Shown here one piece after another: positions 7,090 through 16,816 of a stretch of 32,102 nucleotides of DNA. The notes below the pieces were generated by a model that saw nothing but the letters and a program-made list of their open reading frames with translations, was not told the DNA's origin and did not search any database. The DNA comes from a virus. Lineage: Duplodnaviria > Caudoviricetes. The DNA is taken from the IMG/VR virus record IMGVR_UViG_3300048861_000125, positions 1 to 32,102 of that record; one strand, given 5' to 3'. The number at the start of each line of letters is the position of its first letter. Position 1 is the first letter of the stretch. The translations under genes and the position numbers were made by a program.

Positions 7090-9557
7090 TTAGAACCCGA
7101 TCCCTATTAGCTTTCGGTTGATGTGCGCCGTGATCCTGTCGAAGCCCGCTTGATTCGGGTGAATGCCGTCCGTCAAGTACGTTGCCGCTGTTAGCGTGCT
7201 GATACTTGAGTCGTTCAATTGGTCAATGACCGGGATACCGTACAGACCACATACATCTTTTAGGGCCTTCAGGACGTTATTGTTCTGCGTGTCTGTCGAA
7301 CGGGCCAAGCGGTAAGGCGATAGGAAAATAAGCCGCGCGGTGACGTTTGCCGCCGATATGCGTTGGATGGCGTTCAGAATGTCGCCGTAGAAGGTCCCGG
7401 CGCTCGGAGCGTCTCCCATTGCACCCAAGACGACGGCCTGGTTGCTGCCGAGCTCGACGATGCCGAAGTCGTACGTCCCGATGTCTTGAGCGAGAGTGTT
7501 CCCGGCGATCCCGGTGTTTGTATAGGCTCCGTTTCCGCCTGTGTCGGTGCTGGTGAGCGAGCGATTTGTCGTCGGGGTGACACCTGCGTTCGGTGCGCCG
7601 TAGCACTCAAAGATCTGAGCCATTGTCCGGCCCCATCGTGAATCAATGAATGGAAACGTACAACCGTGAAAAGCGACGATACGCGACTGAATACCGGGGT
7701 TAAACGTTCCGATTGAGTCACCGAACCAAAAGCCGCGCTTGTTTAGAAAAGGCGAGGACGAGGATACGGGCTGATACATCACATACGGAATATAGGTTGA
7801 CGGGACTGTCGTCCCTCCCACAATCATCAGGTTAGTTCGGACGACTCCGTTTCCCACTTGGTCAGAATCCCCGAACGTTATCCGCATGTAGTAGGCGTTT
7901 GATGGAACCGCGATCGCCGTGCCTGGTGGATACGTCTGACCCGAGGTGGGCAATGACGATACGGTAGCGAGGTACGCTTTGTTTACATCGTAAAACGCGA
8001 TCCCGTACGGGGCGAATTGTCGAATAAAGGCGTTGCTGACGAAGGTCCCGATGCCCCGCACGAGGATATAGTCGGAGGCAAAGAACGTAGAAGCGACGGA
8101 CCCGACCGTTCCATTCGCCGAGAGGATCGCCGAGGAGGTCGTAATCCGGCTGATGTCAAAGAGATTCTTTTGTCCGACAAGCTGATTGATCAGGCTAATG
8201 GATATGTCTGCGGCCCTGCCTGGTGATACCTTCGCTCCTGCGAATTCTCCAAACGAAGGCGGAACGACGGCACCACCAACAATCATCAAGTTTGCCCTCT
8301 GGGTGCCTGCGGGTTGGTCGCCATCGCCATACGTGATACGGGCAAAGCATGCACTCGCCGGGACCGAGATTGGCGTCCCTGCTGCATAAGTCTGTCCTGA
8401 TGGTGGAGCAGCAGCCGTCCCAATGTAGTTTTTATTTACGTCATAGAACGCGATGCCCGATCCGCTGAATTGCCGTAGGGCGGCGTTACTGACGAGAGTG
8501 GCTTGTCCACGTACCAAGAGATAATCCGAGGCGAAGAACGTGCTCGCCTGCGCCGTGATTGTCCCGTTGGTTGTGCTGACGGCGGAGCTTGTGGTTAGGC
8601 GGGTAATGTCAAAGAGGTTCCCGAGCGGAAAGAGTTGGCTGACGATCCCGACGACGATATCAGCCGAACCGTTTACGCTTGGGCTTGCGAAAGAGACATA
8701 CTCCATCGGGAGCGAAGTCGCGTTGACAACCATGAGGGTGTTCAAGTTCGGCGTCCCCGAAAAACTGAGGCGGACATACGCCGCGTTAGGGGGGACAGCG
8801 ATCGGCGTCCCGGCGGTAACGACCGCACCGCTGCCCGAGATGTACGACAACGAGGCGTCAAAGAACGCATATCCCGCACCGCCGTTCGCTGTCGTCGAGC
8901 TGCAAGTAATCGAGCCGCCCGTCGGAACAGGAAGAAACTGTGTCGCAGAGAATGAGACGTTAGACCCCGGCGCTCCGGTAGTGGGGACGATGTAGGTCCG
9001 GGCACGAGACCACGGGCGGGGTCAAATAGGTTCACCACTGCGGGCCGTGATGAGTACAGCGAATCACTAACGGCCTTTAGTTGGAGGTCACCCGGGGCAC
9101 CCTTCAGCGAGGCTATCCATTGCGCTTGCGTGCCGGCGAAGCCGTTAGACACCGCGATTGCGTAAGCGGAGTCACCCTGCGGCCCAGTTTGAATGAGTGC
9201 AAGGGATGCGAGGTTCGGAACAAAACTGTCAAAGCTCCACGTCGTACCTGAGGGCTGCACGCACGAATATCCTGCCCCCAGCAGACTCTTGCCGGTTACG
9301 TTGTCGATGACAGAGACGGCATAGCCAACGTTGACTGGACTAGTCAACGTCGTATCGGCGAGTTGGATCGTAAATACACCATTGGTTACCTGCGCCGTGA
9401 CCGGCACTGACGTGACCTGACCGCCACCACCAGCCTTGAACGAGATCGGTGCACCAGAGTTGTTGACCGGGCGGAAGCTGATCGTCGCATTGCCGATGAG
9501 TGCGCCTTTCGCGTCCTTTAGAGCAGATGCGCTAACTTGAGTGAATCCAGTGGGCAT
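7090..9557 (-). pseudogene. tail spike/fibre with three repeated modules and a C-terminal SGNH/GDSL esterase; split by a 1-nt frameshift at about 8995-9021 (about 822 aa if restored)
   Basis: ORF 9557 has GPQGDSAY..AV.NGF.GT...W..SLKG and the first NLFD; the downstream frame is open from 9021 and continues the repeat; GDS, GSN and DGIH SGNH blocks. Confidence 0.8.
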
Positions 9558-9575
9558 GAAGAATCCTTTAATCAG

Positions 9576-9842
9576 TTACTTAAGAGAGAGGAGGTGGAAC
9601 GAGTAAGTCACCAGAGCGGAGATCGTGCCCGCACCCCCTAGAATCATCCACCGCCAACGTTGGAGTGATTCGACGGTGCGCTCGACAACGCTCAGGCGCG
9701 ATAGACTACCGTTGCCGGTAACCCGGTCTTTGCATGAATTTCAAGTGGCGATCCGCTCACCTGATTCACGCGAGAACGCGTGGAAATCCTCGCGGAGGCT
9801 TCGAATCTCAGCGAGGATCATGTTCTGAATCTCAGTATCCAC
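9576..9842 (-). pseudogene. coiled-coil plus C-terminal TM protein (holin-like) with an in-frame TGA at 9741-9743
   Basis: GTG directly after the TMP stop with a GGGAGG RBS; MDTEIQNMILAEIRSLREDFHAFSRESGERIAT*NSCKDRVTGNGSLSRLSVVERTVESLQRWRWMILGGAGTISALVTYSFHLLSLK. Confidence 0.65.
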
Positions 9843-12203
9843 TTAGGATCGCCTCCCTTGAGGACTTCGTCGCCTATCCTGTATGTCGCTTTGGCGACTG
9901 GCCGCAATGATGTGTGGAGTTGCCGCCGCAATACCACGACGAACGGCTGCTTCGGTCGCTGCCGGGTCATGTGAACCGCGAGCGTCGACCGTGTAATTGT
10001 GAGTTGTGCCGCCGAGTTGATTGTTAGGCGTGATCCTTCCGGATTGAGAACCCATCGTCAGAACCTCCGGTCCGCGCTCACCCACAAGATAGCTGCTGTT
10101 GGCATCTACATCACCACCGATAGCACGACCGGTGAACGCTCCGAGGACAGCACCGAAGAAGCCGCCGCCACCACCACCCGATTGTGATTTGTCGCCACCG
10201 CCAGAGAGTGCTGACTCGAGGTTATTCAGCCCTATCTTCGCGATTGACTGACCGATGCTAGCAAAGAAGCCTGACCAGCTAGCCTTTTGCCCGGTCATCA
10301 GCGCGGCGAGGTTGCTATTCAACTCCCCCACCCACTCCTGATTTGCTCTCTTGAATTGACCAGACCATGAATTAGCGGCAATTTGCGCCTGATCTTGCAC
10401 ATCCTGTACTGCTTGTTTTCCGCCGAGCTGTGTGGTCTGGAGATCGATGCTCGATTGACCGGCCTTGCGTTCTGAGTCGGTGAGCTTCGGGTTAGCGTCT
10501 AGCGCCTCCTGCTGTTCACGGATATTCGCGAGAGCGTCCGCATACTCCTTAGCATGCAGCGCCGCGGTCTGGAAAGCTGCCTGCTGTTTGGTGATCTCAC
10601 CATTCGCGAGCTGTGTCTGGATAGTCGCCTGCTGCAAAGCGTCTACATTCTGCTGCTGCGCGTCCCGGTGTCTAGCGACATTATTCGTCCAAATTGCGTA
10701 ATTCTTGACCGCGGCGTCGGCGCCGGACAGGTCTGGACCGGCAGCAACCTCCGCCGATTGCGACTGACCTAAAGACTGTAACGATTTCTTGAACTCGGCC
10801 GTCTGCCGTGTAGTGTCAGAGATAACCTTGACCGTTTCGTCATTGGCTTTCCGCATCGCATCGTTGAAGTTGATAGATCCTGCCGCTTCTGCTATAGCTT
10901 TGAGTGCCCACCACCGCGAGACCTCTTGTGCGCTCCGCTGGCCGGATGCCTTCCACGCAGCTAATTCGTAATCCCATTGCTGCTTCTGATCCGCAATGGC
11001 CTTCTGCTGTATCTGCTTGGATAGATCGGCTTGCTTCTTCTGATCTTGGAGCTCCTTGACTTTAACCTGATCGGCTATGTTGCGCTTCCCTTCAGATCGC
11101 TCATCTAGCGTGTTGCTGGAGTAATCCTCGATCCCTGAAAGGATGTTTTGGATTCCCTCAGTCTTGCCATCCTTAGAGAATGACTGAATATCGGTGCGTG
11201 TCTTATGCGCCCAATTGTAGAGATCGGTAAGCTGGGCCGTAATCTTCGCATCCCGACCTGCCGCGGCTTCGGGTGTATCTGATCCAGAGCGTAAAGCAGT
11301 GCGATCCCCTACCTGCGCGTCACGGATAGACTTCATCCGTTTGTTGACCTCATCTGTTACAGGGCCGCTGCTTATCTGACCACTCAAAAGGAACGAGCCG
11401 AAGCCCACCTTGTTCTCTTCCAGAAGCTTCTTCACATTGGCATAAGCTGTGTTCGCCGATTCAGCAAGGCGATCCGCATTGATGCGAGCATCATCGATAG
11501 CCAAGGCCAGAGTGCTCGCTGGCTTGTGCTCCAGGTTTGCGATGGTGATCTCAAGCTCGTCATTGGCCTTGCGCAGTGTATCGACAGTCAGGATGAGAGG
11601 AGCTGTGAGAGATGAAAAGCCATCACGGATATGTTCCGGAAGCTCATCGGCTTCCTTCTTCATCTTTATCAACTCAGATACGCCGCGAGCGATTTCGGCT
11701 GTAAAGACAGCAGCGCCTACAACGGGAAAGGCCAGCTCGAATGCCTTCGAAAGGAGAGGAACAGAAGCTGCAAAGCTCTCTGCTGCCCGGACGGAAGGAG
11801 TTCCACCGAGTGCTCTGATAGATGCCGACGCCTGAGACTGCCTAGAGACTGTGTAGTGCTCGTCCGGTGCTGCGACCGGTACAGCTTCCGCAAGCTTCTT
11901 CCGGGCCGCGTTGAACTTGCTGGTGCTAGCCTCCATCCGCTCAAGGGCATTGATGTAGCGCGTTGCGGAGTCGTCGGTGACCTGCGACAACATCGAAGAC
12001 GTGCGGCGAGTGATGGCCTCAAGCTCGCGCTGTGACGCGCCAGCGTCCTTTGCGGCCTGAACCTGCATCTTGTACGACTCTACGATGCGTTGGCGCGCTT
12101 CCTCCGCAGATGTGGCGACCGAAGCTACCGATCGGCGAGCTTCAGCCGAAGCAGTGGAGACACCTGATGCGTCTGCGGTAAATGTAATCTTTCCGTTGGC
12201 CAT
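9843..12203 (-). CDS. tail tape measure protein
   Basis: 786 aa, Ala/Gln-rich and helical; C-terminal RAIGG.V....YLVGERGPE motif. Confidence 0.93.
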   Translation of the reverse strand: MANGKITFTADASGVSTASAEARRSVASVATSAEEARQRIVESYKMQVQAAKDAGASQRELEAITRRTSSMLSQVTDDSATRYINALERMEASTSKFNAARKKLAEAVPVAAPDEHYTVSRQSQASASIRALGGTPSVRAAESFAASVPLLSKAFELAFPVVGAAVFTAEIARGVSELIKMKKEADELPEHIRDGFSSLTAPLILTVDTLRKANDELEITIANLEHKPASTLALAIDDARINADRLAESANTAYANVKKLLEENKVGFGSFLLSGQISSGPVTDEVNKRMKSIRDAQVGDRTALRSGSDTPEAAAGRDAKITAQLTDLYNWAHKTRTDIQSFSKDGKTEGIQNILSGIEDYSSNTLDERSEGKRNIADQVKVKELQDQKKQADLSKQIQQKAIADQKQQWDYELAAWKASGQRSAQEVSRWWALKAIAEAAGSINFNDAMRKANDETVKVISDTTRQTAEFKKSLQSLGQSQSAEVAAGPDLSGADAAVKNYAIWTNNVARHRDAQQQNVDALQQATIQTQLANGEITKQQAAFQTAALHAKEYADALANIREQQEALDANPKLTDSERKAGQSSIDLQTTQLGGKQAVQDVQDQAQIAANSWSGQFKRANQEWVGELNSNLAALMTGQKASWSGFFASIGQSIAKIGLNNLESALSGGGDKSQSGGGGGGFFGAVLGAFTGRAIGGDVDANSSYLVGERGPEVLTMGSQSGRITPNNQLGGTTHNYTVDARGSHDPAATEAAVRRGIAAATPHIIAASRQSDIQDRRRSPQGRRS

Positions 12204-12649
12204 TATTTGTCCAGAATTTCTGCTATTCCTATTTTCATCGTCTCGATGTATGCCTCGACCGCGGCCGCGTGTGACGCGGCCTCAGCAGCACGTACAAATG
12301 GATGTGCCGGTGTATGGGTGCGGACTTTGGAGTTCGCGTTGATGTGGCCTGAATCGACGAGCCGTGCGATGTGAGTCAACTTGCCGAAGTCCACCTTTGC
12401 AGATGGTGCTGATCCATCCGTAGGAACTGATACTCGCTGCCGGACTGCTGCCTTTAGAGCGCCTGGTGCGAGACCCTTACCACCGTCCTCCCGGATAGGA
12501 GTTACAGATTGGAGTTCGGTTGCGATGATCGCGCCGGCGGCACGGAGAGCTTTACGTTGAAGCGCATCTGTCTCCGGACCCTGTTCGAGCCGTTGAAACA
12601 TAGCGTCGATCTCTTTGAAGCCGGATAGCTGCTCATCATTTTTAGCCAC
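12203..12649 (-). CDS. HK97 gp10-family neck/tail component
   Basis: RKALRAAG, G.LK, ARLVDSGH and TPAHPFVRAA motifs. Confidence 0.8.
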   Translation of the reverse strand: MAKNDEQLSGFKEIDAMFQRLEQGPETDALQRKALRAAGAIIATELQSVTPIREDGGKGLAPGALKAAVRQRVSVPTDGSAPSAKVDFGKLTHIARLVDSGHINANSKVRTHTPAHPFVRAAEAASHAAAVEAYIETMKIGIAEILDK

Positions 12650-13058
12650 GTGATTTATCCTGCAGTTCGTCTAGTAGTGGACCGCCGCCAACCTTCATCT
12701 CTGCAGCCAGATTGGCTACTTTTGCCTGCCAGTCGACGACATCGTCCTCGGTAAATGCCGGTTTACTGTCAATAACCGGTTTTACTGTGTAATTAGGCAT
12801 GAAATCGGCCGGTTGAACCGGTTTCTCGGGTGCAGAGAAAGCAAAGTTGATGACAGCACTAGTGGTGTAGGCATGGAGCATCTCCCGGTGAGCAAGGTGC
12901 TTCCGGTGCGCATCTACCAGAAGTGAGAATTGGCGAGGCGTAAGGTCGTAGAACTCATCAGCGGTTAGACCGAGGTCATATACCGCTATTGCCCACATCG
13001 GCTCTATGGTGTCTCGCAGGCTCCGGTTTATTATTTCGCCGGAGCCGAGTCTTCCCCC
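12642..13058 (-). CDS. tail assembly chaperone C-terminal extension (gpT-like), reached by -1 frameshift
   Basis: -1 frame open from GGGGGAA into W....DLGLTADEFYDLTPRQF. Confidence 0.75.
   Translation of the reverse strand, partial: GGRLGSGEIINRSLRDTIEPMWAIAVYDLGLTADEFYDLTPRQFSLLVDAHRKHLAHREMLHAYTTSAVINFAFSAPEKPVQPADFMPNYTVKPVIDSKPAFTEDDVVDWQAKVANLAAEMKVGGGPLLDELQDKSRG
13019..13058 (-). promoter_or_regulatory. programmed -1 ribosomal frameshift signal
   Basis: GGGGGAA (13058-13052), a 5-nt spacer, then an 8-bp stem GGCTCCGG/CCGGAGCC. Confidence 0.75.
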
Positions 13059-13405
13059 TGGTCACTCACCTTGACGCTTCCGAACCATGCAGTAATCAGA
13101 GCAGCGCGAATGGTTCCTACGTTCTGAGGAGTGATCAGGTTGCCAGCCTCTTCAATGGTGATCGATGGCTTATCCGTGATCAGAGCCGCCCAGAACAGAC
13201 CCAGAAGGCTTGTCGCTGTGATGTCGCTAACGATGGACGTCAACAGGTTGATGCCTGTTGCTTTCTCTGCCAGCACAACAGCGTTGAATGAGAACGATAG
13301 TTGGTATTCGATTCCCTTAATCTCAACTGAAACATCAGGCAAGGTCGGATCCAGCCCAGGTGCATTGGCTACTTTGTTTTGCTTGGGTTTGCTCATTATG
13401 GACAT
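13031..13405 (-). CDS. tail assembly chaperone (gpG-like)
   Basis: Follows the tail tube gene; carries the slippery site near its 3' end. Confidence 0.8.
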   Translation of the reverse strand: MSIMSKPKQNKVANAPGLDPTLPDVSVEIKGIEYQLSFSFNAVVLAEKATGINLLTSIVSDITATSLLGLFWAALITDKPSITIEEAGNLITPQNVGTIRAALITAWFGSVKVSDQGEDSAPAK

Positions 13406-13468
13406 ATCTCTTATGTGGTTACGGGTGTTAGGTCATGCCACTACATGGTCGAGATGACCCAACATTAA

Positions 13469-13930
13469 TTACGAAGTGCTTCCGGGGGTGTCGGTAACGG
13501 GCCCAGAAACCGTGAGTTCGAAATCAAACGTAGCGGCTTCCGTAACACTGAGCGACGGCGCCGGTGCGCTCGACACATAAGCACTGAAGGTCTTGAGTAA
13601 CCCAATTGTCTGAGTGCCAACCGGGGGATACTGCGCCTTCACAGTCAATTTCGATTGCGCCTGGAAAGCGGCGAGCAACATGAGCTGACCGGGGTCCGAT
13701 GGAAAGGACACGATGGTTCCTTGGAAGGTACCGCTGTCCAGTGTGGTCGGAATGCGCTCGATGAAAGCAGACGGCGAATCGAGGTTCGTAATATCAGCAA
13801 AGTTCGACTTCTGGCCAGACTGGCTGAACTTCTGGATCTGCTTAACTGGAGTGAACACCGTTCCGTCGAGGGAGATTGAAACGGTTCCGCCTTTGCCTGT
13901 GAAGCCGGTTGATGCTGTGGGAGTGGACAT
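13469..13930 (-). CDS. major tail tube protein
   Basis: DITNLDS....E.IP...DSG motif; size and position. Confidence 0.85.
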   Translation of the reverse strand: MSTPTASTGFTGKGGTVSISLDGTVFTPVKQIQKFSQSGQKSNFADITNLDSPSAFIERIPTTLDSGTFQGTIVSFPSDPGQLMLLAAFQAQSKLTVKAQYPPVGTQTIGLLKTFSAYVSSAPAPSLSVTEAATFDFELTVSGPVTDTPGSTS

Positions 13931-13971
13931 GTTTTTCCTTTGTGGTATTGGGATGTAGTTCTCGAGAAGGG

Positions 13972-14361
13972 TTAGCCTACGTACTGGACCTTGTAGTCGG
14001 CAGTTACGCGGTAGATGCGCGCGGCTGACTCGTAAAGGTCACCGCTGGTTAGCAGTTGAACTCCAAGAACTCTTGTGCCCTCGGATAGCACGCCGGTGAA
14101 GTTGTCGATTGCAGCATCGATCGCGGACATGAGCGCCTTGGCCGGTCCATAGCTTGTCGCCCAGGTATCGAACTGAATCCGCACCTCGGTTAGCGTGACG
14201 CGATCCTCGAGCGTATAGAGTGGGCGAGTCGAAATGGACTGATAGGTTGCGGCTGGTAGCGGAGCCTCCTCTGGTAGCAGAACCGGATGGAGTCGAGTGT
14301 TGGCTATTGCGGCAAAGGCATCCGATGACGTGATGCGTTGCTGTAGTCCGGCTTCGATCAT
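13972..14361 (-). CDS. tail completion/terminator protein (DUF3168-like)
   Basis: R.HP..LPE...LPA.TY..IS and RIQFD.WA motifs; ATGA overlap with the upstream gene. Confidence 0.85.
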   Translation of the reverse strand: MIEAGLQQRITSSDAFAAIANTRLHPVLLPEEAPLPAATYQSISTRPLYTLEDRVTLTEVRIQFDTWATSYGPAKALMSAIDAAIDNFTGVLSEGTRVLGVQLLTSGDLYESAARIYRVTADYKVQYVG

Positions 14362-14696
14362 CGGGTTCCCTCGTTGATCTCGAGGCACAGAATGTCTAAT
14401 TCAACCCTGTTCTCGTCCGGATCGCTGACAGACTGCACCTGAAATATGCGGCCTCGGTAGTTGATGCGCATCGCGCTCGTGACGCCGGAGCGCCAACGGA
14501 TGGAGATATTGTGTGTGACCTGAGCGGTGAACCCGGGCCCTAGCGCATATAGTTCTTTTCCGGTAATCGTGGATATTCTTGCCCAGGTTGTAATAAATTC
14601 CTGCCAGTCATCCGTAGGCTGCCCATATTCATCTTGGCTGGTGGAAGGTCTTTGTATTGTGACGCGCCTATTGAGCTGGCCGGAATCAATTGCCAT
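14358..14696 (-). CDS. head closure protein (SPP1 gp16-like)
   Basis: GQLNRRVTIQ, DEYGQ, WA.I and T..MRI.Y.GR.F motifs. Confidence 0.9.
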   Translation of the reverse strand: MAIDSGQLNRRVTIQRPSTSQDEYGQPTDDWQEFITTWARISTITGKELYALGPGFTAQVTHNISIRWRSGVTSAMRINYRGRIFQVQSVSDPDENRVELDILCLEINEGTR

Positions 14697-15339
14697 AGAA
14701 GACCCACCTTTCTAACAGCGCATCGACGGCTAGAGGCAGAGTCGCCAGCTTATTTTCTGTGACAGCTTCGCGGTTGGAGTACCAGTGACCGATGAGCAGC
14801 AACATTGCGTGCTTGACCGACGCGGGTACAGAATCGCCATCCCACAGGCCGGCCTTGAAGGTGATCCTGATAGACCCTGGCGAATATGAAGTGATGTACG
14901 GCCAAGTGCCGCCGTTCGCAGGAACGATACGGGCCGGTTCGGAGTGGATATCTATGACGTACTGATCCTCCGGAAGCGTTACCGTTTCGCCGGTAACGTC
15001 CTGAAAGATTATGGAATCAATGGCCGTAACCTTCGATCGTGGTAGCTCGATCGCGTAATCAGCGAAGTATACGGATGGAAAGAGATAGTTTTCGCGCTGC
15101 TCCGGGCTGCGAGTGAGTGTGCCGGTTGGATATGGGAACTGATCCAGGGTGAGAGCATAGGTCTGTTGAAAGACTGCGCGCCGCAACTTGCCCTCTATGA
15201 CTTCTCGAGCCGCGGAGATAAGGGCTAAGATGTAACCGTCGTCATCCGGGTAGTCAACACGAAGGTGTGCCTTCGTTTCAGCGAGAGAGCATGGCTCCGA
15301 CTCTGGAGCAGATACGAGTTCGAGGCCAAACTTTTGCAT
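14686..15339 (-). CDS. head-tail connector (HK97 gp6-like)
   Basis: EP.SLAETKAHLRVD..DDD..I..LI.AAR and A.LLLIGHWY.NRE motifs. Confidence 0.92.
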   Translation of the reverse strand: MQKFGLELVSAPESEPCSLAETKAHLRVDYPDDDGYILALISAAREVIEGKLRRAVFQQTYALTLDQFPYPTGTLTRSPEQRENYLFPSVYFADYAIELPRSKVTAIDSIIFQDVTGETVTLPEDQYVIDIHSEPARIVPANGGTWPYITSYSPGSIRITFKAGLWDGDSVPASVKHAMLLLIGHWYSNREAVTENKLATLPLAVDALLERWVFYGN

Positions 15340-15525
15340 TTAGCGTGTCGCTTTCTCTTTTGAGGGTTTCTTTACCGCGGTCTCTGCTACCTGACCGTCC
15401 TTGATCGGCTCGGCAAGCTTTGCGTTGAGGTAATCAACCGCTACTGCGTCATCCACTTCGATGACTGTGCCCGGCTGAATTGCTCCGTCGCATGTGATAT
15501 GCGAGGTGATGATACGAATCTTCAT
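15340..15525 (-). CDS. small conserved-type post-capsid protein (61 aa)
   Basis: MKIRII...PGTVIEVDDAVA..YL.AKLAEP with a Lys-rich tail; abuts the connector gene. Confidence 0.7.
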   Translation of the reverse strand: MKIRIITSHITCDGAIQPGTVIEVDDAVAVDYLNAKLAEPIKDGQVAETAVKKPSKEKATR

Positions 15526-15545
15526 CTGTGCCCTTGCTGGTGGAA

Positions 15546-15567
15546 GGAGCGACCCGAAGGCCGCTCC
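15546..15567 (-). terminator. post-capsid hairpin with a cUUCGg tetraloop
   Basis: GGAGCGGCC-TTCG-GGTCGCTCC on the minus strand, 14 nt after the capsid stop. Confidence 0.65.
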
Positions 15568-15581
15568 ATTCATCGAGTTGG

Positions 15582-16739
15582 TTAGCTGGCTTTTACAAAA
15601 ATGTTCACGATCGGGTGCGTTCCGCCGTCGGTCACAGCTCCACCCACACGGGCACGAGCATAGAAGCCCACCATCCCCGGGTGACTGAAGTCTCCTGCGA
15701 TTCGGATAACCGAGAGACCCGGCTTCACAACACGCAGTTTGTATCCTTGGCGCAGATCGCCAAATTGAATCGGCGTCTTCGAAGCACCTACGCTGTCGTG
15801 ATATTGCGAAATAACAACCGGGCGACCCAGCAGCGTATCGAACGCCCCCTGGTTCGGACTTGTGAGAAAAATGGACCTTCCTAGCGTGTCCGTTACTCCC
15901 ATCAGCGCAGCGCGGGTAGTGGAGTTCATTACCCACGAAGCGTTTGGCTCGTATGCGGGATCCAGCTGTCCGTAGGCGGAGATCAGATCCGCATATGTTA
16001 CGGTTCCAACCGCGGCGGTCGTAACCTTCGTGGCCGCGTAGCCCGTGACGATAGAGCCTACCGAGGTAGTTCCGGTGGCAATAGCCTTCGAGATTGCGCG
16101 GAAGTAAGCAGCGCCCAGCGAGTCGGTGAGGAACCCTTCTAGATCAAACGCAGCGTCCTGCAACTCGTCCAGCGACACAGTAACCAGACCCTCGATATCA
16201 TCTGTCGAGATCGTGATGGAGGTCGCAGTCGGATCTGCCTCGGTAGGTGCCGTACCTTCGGTGCCAACGGTCATCAGATCGCCAGTTGCGTTCACAAGCG
16301 ACGTCTTCATGGGAGACCCGTTATCGGTTTCCCAGATCTTCACAGCGTTGTACAGACCGCCCCACGCCTTCTGAGCCGAAACGATCTCGGGAGCGAATGC
16401 CTGAGGTATGATAGCCGCGCCGGTAGCACCGGTCGTCAGGATCGAACGAACCTCGCCGGTTTTGATGTACTGGCGGAACGCCTCACGCTCTTCGCGAGAA
16501 CGATCCTCGACGGAGCTGTTGGGATTGGGACGAGACTTTGCAGCCGCAGCCGAACGCTGCTCTTCGAAGGCCGCAATACGCTCTGCAACGGCGATATCTG
16601 CCTCGAGAGTGTCGACATCAGCCAGCATTGCATTAACTTTCGCGCGCTGTTCCGCGGTTACTTCTGCGCCCTGCACGATTGCGGTGGCGTCAGCCATGAT
16701 TTTGTTACGCTTTTCCTGCATATCTACGATGTTCGGCAT
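15582..16739 (-). CDS. HK97-fold major capsid protein with N-terminal delta domain
   Basis: Coiled-coil N-terminus; VSLDELQDAAFDLE, A.WVMN, LLGRPV and FGD motifs. Confidence 0.96.
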   Translation of the reverse strand: MPNIVDMQEKRNKIMADATAIVQGAEVTAEQRAKVNAMLADVDTLEADIAVAERIAAFEEQRSAAAAKSRPNPNSSVEDRSREEREAFRQYIKTGEVRSILTTGATGAAIIPQAFAPEIVSAQKAWGGLYNAVKIWETDNGSPMKTSLVNATGDLMTVGTEGTAPTEADPTATSITISTDDIEGLVTVSLDELQDAAFDLEGFLTDSLGAAYFRAISKAIATGTTSVGSIVTGYAATKVTTAAVGTVTYADLISAYGQLDPAYEPNASWVMNSTTRAALMGVTDTLGRSIFLTSPNQGAFDTLLGRPVVISQYHDSVGASKTPIQFGDLRQGYKLRVVKPGLSVIRIAGDFSHPGMVGFYARARVGGAVTDGGTHPIVNIFVKAS

Positions 16740-16816
16740 GGAGTGTTTTCCTTTTGGAGTTAGATTTTGGTTATGCGTGGGTCACATCGAAGTGAGAACG
16801 CAGTGAATTGCGTGAA

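Noticed and set aside
7090-8700. Diversity-generating retroelement or invertible tail cassette
   Set aside because: The repeats are protein-level and diverged at all bases rather than only at adenines. No reverse transcriptase or invertase is in the window.
8995-9021. Programmed frameshift in the tail spike
   Set aside because: There is no X XXY YYZ heptamer or long homopolymer, and the shift falls inside a repeat module. A 1-nt deletion is simpler.
9741-9743. Stop-codon reassignment (TGA read as Trp) in late genes
   Set aside because: TGA terminates several clear genes (SRAP, terS, HNH, head closure, antirepressor). The other lesions are a TAA and a frameshift, which fits decay or sequencing error better.
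15526-15936. 198-aa ORF 15340-15936 taken at full length
   Set aside because: Its 5' part overlaps the capsid gene in another frame. Only the last 61 codons look like a real gene.
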